NCBI GenBank assembly: GCA_965206595.1
Contig: OZ242214.1
Location: 1,216,001 to 1,280,000, forward strand
Length of the DNA stretch: 64,000 nt
Direction: 5' to 3'
DNA from: Candidatus Latescibacterota bacterium
GTDB lineage: Bacteria; Latescibacterota; UBA2968; UBA8231
Shown here: piece by piece, positions 61,508 through 64,000 of the stretch
Layout of the letters: each line of letters opens with the position of its first letter
How positions within the stretch are numbered: position 1 is the first letter of the stretch
Translations under genes and position numbers: made by a program
The notes under the pieces: model-generated
Seen by the model: the letters and a program-made list of their open reading frames with translations, nothing else
What the model was told of the DNA's origin: nothing
Databases searched by the model: none

Positions 61508-62545
61508 ATGCCCCGCAAGAAATACACCTTCATCGTGATTCCTCCCAACGACGGGCATGTGAAGGAGTTCAGGATTGCGTCGCCTCTTCTCGGAGCTGCG
61601 GGTCTGATGCTGATCTGCGGCGCCCTCGGCTATTACGCGTCGGGATATCACCTGCGCGCCGACCAGTCCTCGATGGTTGCCGACCTGCGCTACGAGAACC
61701 TGCAGCTTGCCACCGCGCTGCAGCAGACGCGCAGGGAGGTCACCGGACTCGAAGAGGTGATGACCGAGCTGGCACAGAGCGACTACCGGCTCCGCGCCTT
61801 GCACAACATGGAGCTCGACACCGAGGACGCGAGACTGGGTGGCATTGGCGGCTTTAGCGAGTTCGGAGTGGAGGAGCTGCCCGAGGAGTTCGCCTTTCTG
61901 CCGGCCCGAAAACGATCCCTTGTCGAGGATATCAAGGGACGCATCTTCCGGCTGCGGATGGAGGCGAGCTTTCAGGAAGTCAGCTACGACCAGATCGCCA
62001 GGAACTACAGGCTGAGCGAGGAGGGGCGTCGCGCCTTGCCGACGATCTCCCCGGTGCCGCAAGAGCTGGCGTGGAAGTCGTCCAAGTTCGGTCCCCGGAT
62101 CGATCCGTTCACGGGGCGCAAGGCTCGCCACTTCGGTCTGGACCTGGCAGGGCGCAGGGGTACGAACGTCATCGCCACCGCGGACGGGGAAGTCATCCAC
62201 TCCTACCACGACAACCGTCTCGGAAAGGTGATCGTCATCAAGCACGACCTGAGAATGACCACCAACTCCGGTGAAGTCTACGCCCTTCAGGGAACTTTTC
62301 GCACCGAGTACGGCCACCTCGACAAGATGCTCGTCAAGAAGGGGGACTGGGTTGAGAGAGGTCAGAGGATCGGTACCATGGGCAACACGGGACGCTCGAC
62401 GGGACCGCACCTGCATTACGCCGTGCGCTACCAGAACAGTAAGACCGGGGGCTGGAACGGCTATCTCGATCCGGAGAATTTCCTTCTCGACTGGCCCGAG
62501 GACAACCGCGTGGCCGGCTGGCTCTCGGCCGCGGCAGGCGGATAA
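61508..62545 (+). CDS. M23 family metallopeptidase with N-terminal TM helix and coiled coil
   Basis: HFGLD, YGHL, GNTGRSTGPHLHY. Confidence 0.93.
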   Translation: MPRKKYTFIVIPPNDGHVKEFRIASPLLGAAGLMLICGALGYYASGYHLRADQSSMVADLRYENLQLATALQQTRREVTGLEEVMTELAQSDYRLRALHNMELDTEDARLGGIGGFSEFGVEELPEEFAFLPARKRSLVEDIKGRIFRLRMEASFQEVSYDQIARNYRLSEEGRRALPTISPVPQELAWKSSKFGPRIDPFTGRKARHFGLDLAGRRGTNVIATADGEVIHSYHDNRLGKVIVIKHDLRMTTNSGEVYALQGTFRTEYGHLDKMLVKKGDWVERGQRIGTMGNTGRSTGPHLHYAVRYQNSKTGGWNGYLDPENFLLDWPEDNRVAGWLSAAAGG

Positions 62546-62563
62546 GCACGGACAGACGGTGGA

Positions 62564-62599
62564 GAACCCGGCTTGCGCCCGAGCAGACCGGGTTTTTTA
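62564..62599 (+). terminator. Intrinsic terminator
   Basis: aacccgg...ccgggtt stem followed by a T run. Confidence 0.7.
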
Positions 62600-62637
62600 T
62601 GTACCTGTGAAAACCGTTCGGGCAGTCTGAGTCGGTC

Positions 62638-63246
62638 ATGCCGGAAAATATCTCAGCAAAAGTCGCCGCCGTCGCCGACGATACCACTCTGGTTCTCAAC
62701 GTCGGTTCTGGACAGGGAGTCAGCGAGGGCATGGTGTTCGCCATCGTCGCCGAGCAGCAGGAGATCACCGATCCGGACTCGGGGGAGAGCCTCGGTAACT
62801 GGGAGGTCGTGAAGGCGCGGGTGGTGGTCGAGCACGTGCAGGAGCGCATGTGCACAGTGCGTTCTCCGCTGAGACAGGAGATCGACACCACCGGCACGCT
62901 CAGCACCATGATGGTGCGCCATTCCTTTGGAGCTTACGGCTCTGCGGCGGGGGACCGCGCCAGCATGCAGGTGCGCGCCACCGGTCTCGCGGGACGCCCG
63001 AAGGTTCGTCCGATCGAAATCGGTGACCGCGCCCGCCTGGTTAGGGAGGAGCAGGGACCACAGCCGCCAGAGTCCCCTGCCACCGAGCAGCCGGTGGCCC
63101 CGGATCTGCCCTCCAAGACCTATGCGACGGCGGCGACCGCCGAGAGCGCCGATCAAGCCCCGGCCGAACCGGTGCAAGGCGAGTCCCGGGCGCCGGAAGA
63201 AGCCTCCCCGGACTCGGAGAAGTCCGAATCACAACCTGGAGCCTGA
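62638..63246 (+). CDS. Hypothetical protein (FlgT C-terminal-like beta domain plus disordered tail)
   Basis: LNVGSGQGVSEGMVF...EITDPDSGESLG. Confidence 0.7.
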   Translation: MPENISAKVAAVADDTTLVLNVGSGQGVSEGMVFAIVAEQQEITDPDSGESLGNWEVVKARVVVEHVQERMCTVRSPLRQEIDTTGTLSTMMVRHSFGAYGSAAGDRASMQVRATGLAGRPKVRPIEIGDRARLVREEQGPQPPESPATEQPVAPDLPSKTYATAATAESADQAPAEPVQGESRAPEEASPDSEKSESQPGA

Positions 63247-63752
63247 GGCTCGGCTTCGCGAGCCCCGTCCTCCCCTGCTGCTTCGCCCTCGCCTCACTCG
63301 GCGCCTGCGCCCACTACTCGACCAGCTCGGGGCTCGTCGGCGGCATCCGCAGCGTCGGCATCCCGGTAGCTGAAAACAACACCGCCGAGGAGCGGATCGC
63401 CGAGACTCTCAGCGAGCGCATCAGCGACGCCTTCACAGTCGACGGCCGCCTGCGTGTTGTCGACGAGGAGAGCGCAGATGCCCTGCTGGTGCTTAGGCTG
63501 GCGGCACTGGAGGACAGCCCGTTCACTTTCACCGCCGAGGAAGTGACCGAACAGTACCGGTTTCGCGTCTGGATCGAAGCCGAGCTGGTGCGCACCAGCG
63601 ACCAGAGTTCGCTGCTCGACCTCGATAGCCTGGAGGGGTGGGGGACCTACGACGCGGCGCTTCCCGACGAGGAGGGGCGGGATTTCGCAGTCGAAGCCGG
63701 GCTCGACATGGTGATCGAAGAGATCGTCGACCGCACTACGGCGAGCTGGTAA
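63243..63752 (+). CDS. LptE-like lipoprotein
   Basis: Lipobox LGAC, then HYSTS...SVGIPVAENNT...DALL...EEIVDRTTASW. Start uncertain (CTG at 63243). Confidence 0.7.
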   Translation: MRLGFASPVLPCCFALASLGACAHYSTSSGLVGGIRSVGIPVAENNTAEERIAETLSERISDAFTVDGRLRVVDEESADALLVLRLAALEDSPFTFTAEEVTEQYRFRVWIEAELVRTSDQSSLLDLDSLEGWGTYDAALPDEEGRDFAVEAGLDMVIEEIVDRTTASW

Positions 63753-64000
63753 CCTCTGGATCCCTGCCGGCCAGACGCACCAGAACCCCGACAACCAATC
63801 CGCCCAGCAGCAGACCGATCCACGGAGAATACAGGTACGCGCTCCCTGCGTACCCCAGGGCCGCGGCGGCGACCATCGCAGTCAGGGCATAGGGGATCTG
63901 CGTGCGCACGTGATCCATGTGGTCGCAGGCCGCCGCTATGCTCGAAAGCAGGGTGGTGTCGCTGATGGGAGAGCAGTGGTCGCCGAAAATTGCGCCGTCG
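63736..64000 (-). CDS. Na+/H+ antiporter NhaC family, C-terminal part (partial)
   Basis: GAIFGDHCSPISDTTLLSS...DHVRTQIPYA. Confidence 0.9.
   Translation of the reverse strand, partial: DGAIFGDHCSPISDTTLLSSIAAACDHMDHVRTQIPYALTAMVAAAALGYAGSAYLYSPWIGLLLGGLVVGVLVRLAGRDPEVTSSP

Noticed and set aside
1-64000. tRNA or rRNA genes
   Set aside because: None recognised by eye. A covariance-model scan would be needed to exclude them fully.

Overview
High-GC bacterial DNA. The gene content (FlgD/CHU_C-tailed secreted proteins, DUF6785-like transporters, sulfatases, ASPIC/UnbV) resembles uncultured Latescibacterota/Gemmatimonadota/Poribacteria-type genomes; this is inference only. There are three zones. 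(1) 1-5.4 kb: a partial gene and two large secreted paralogues. (2) 5.4-43.8 kb: a decaying mosaic island of catabolic genes, internal duplications, gene fragments and nested mobile elements (three IS110-family copies, IS91 remnants/MITEs, IS1380, IS630). (3) 43.9-64 kb: an intact core-like region with mnmG, a GntR-linked corrinoid methyl-transfer cluster, lipA, ctpA, an M23 peptidase, an LptE-like gene and NhaC. The main result concerns the non-coding ends of the IS110-family elements. They read as bridge RNAs whose guide segments match their own donor junction and insertion site around a CT core. One lineage is inserted twice into IS91/ISCR-type oriIS sequences, and an empty copy of that target lies at 14.57 kb. 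The other lineage is inserted at the tip of a MITE-like terminal repeat. All protein family calls are from motif recognition by eye, not database searches.
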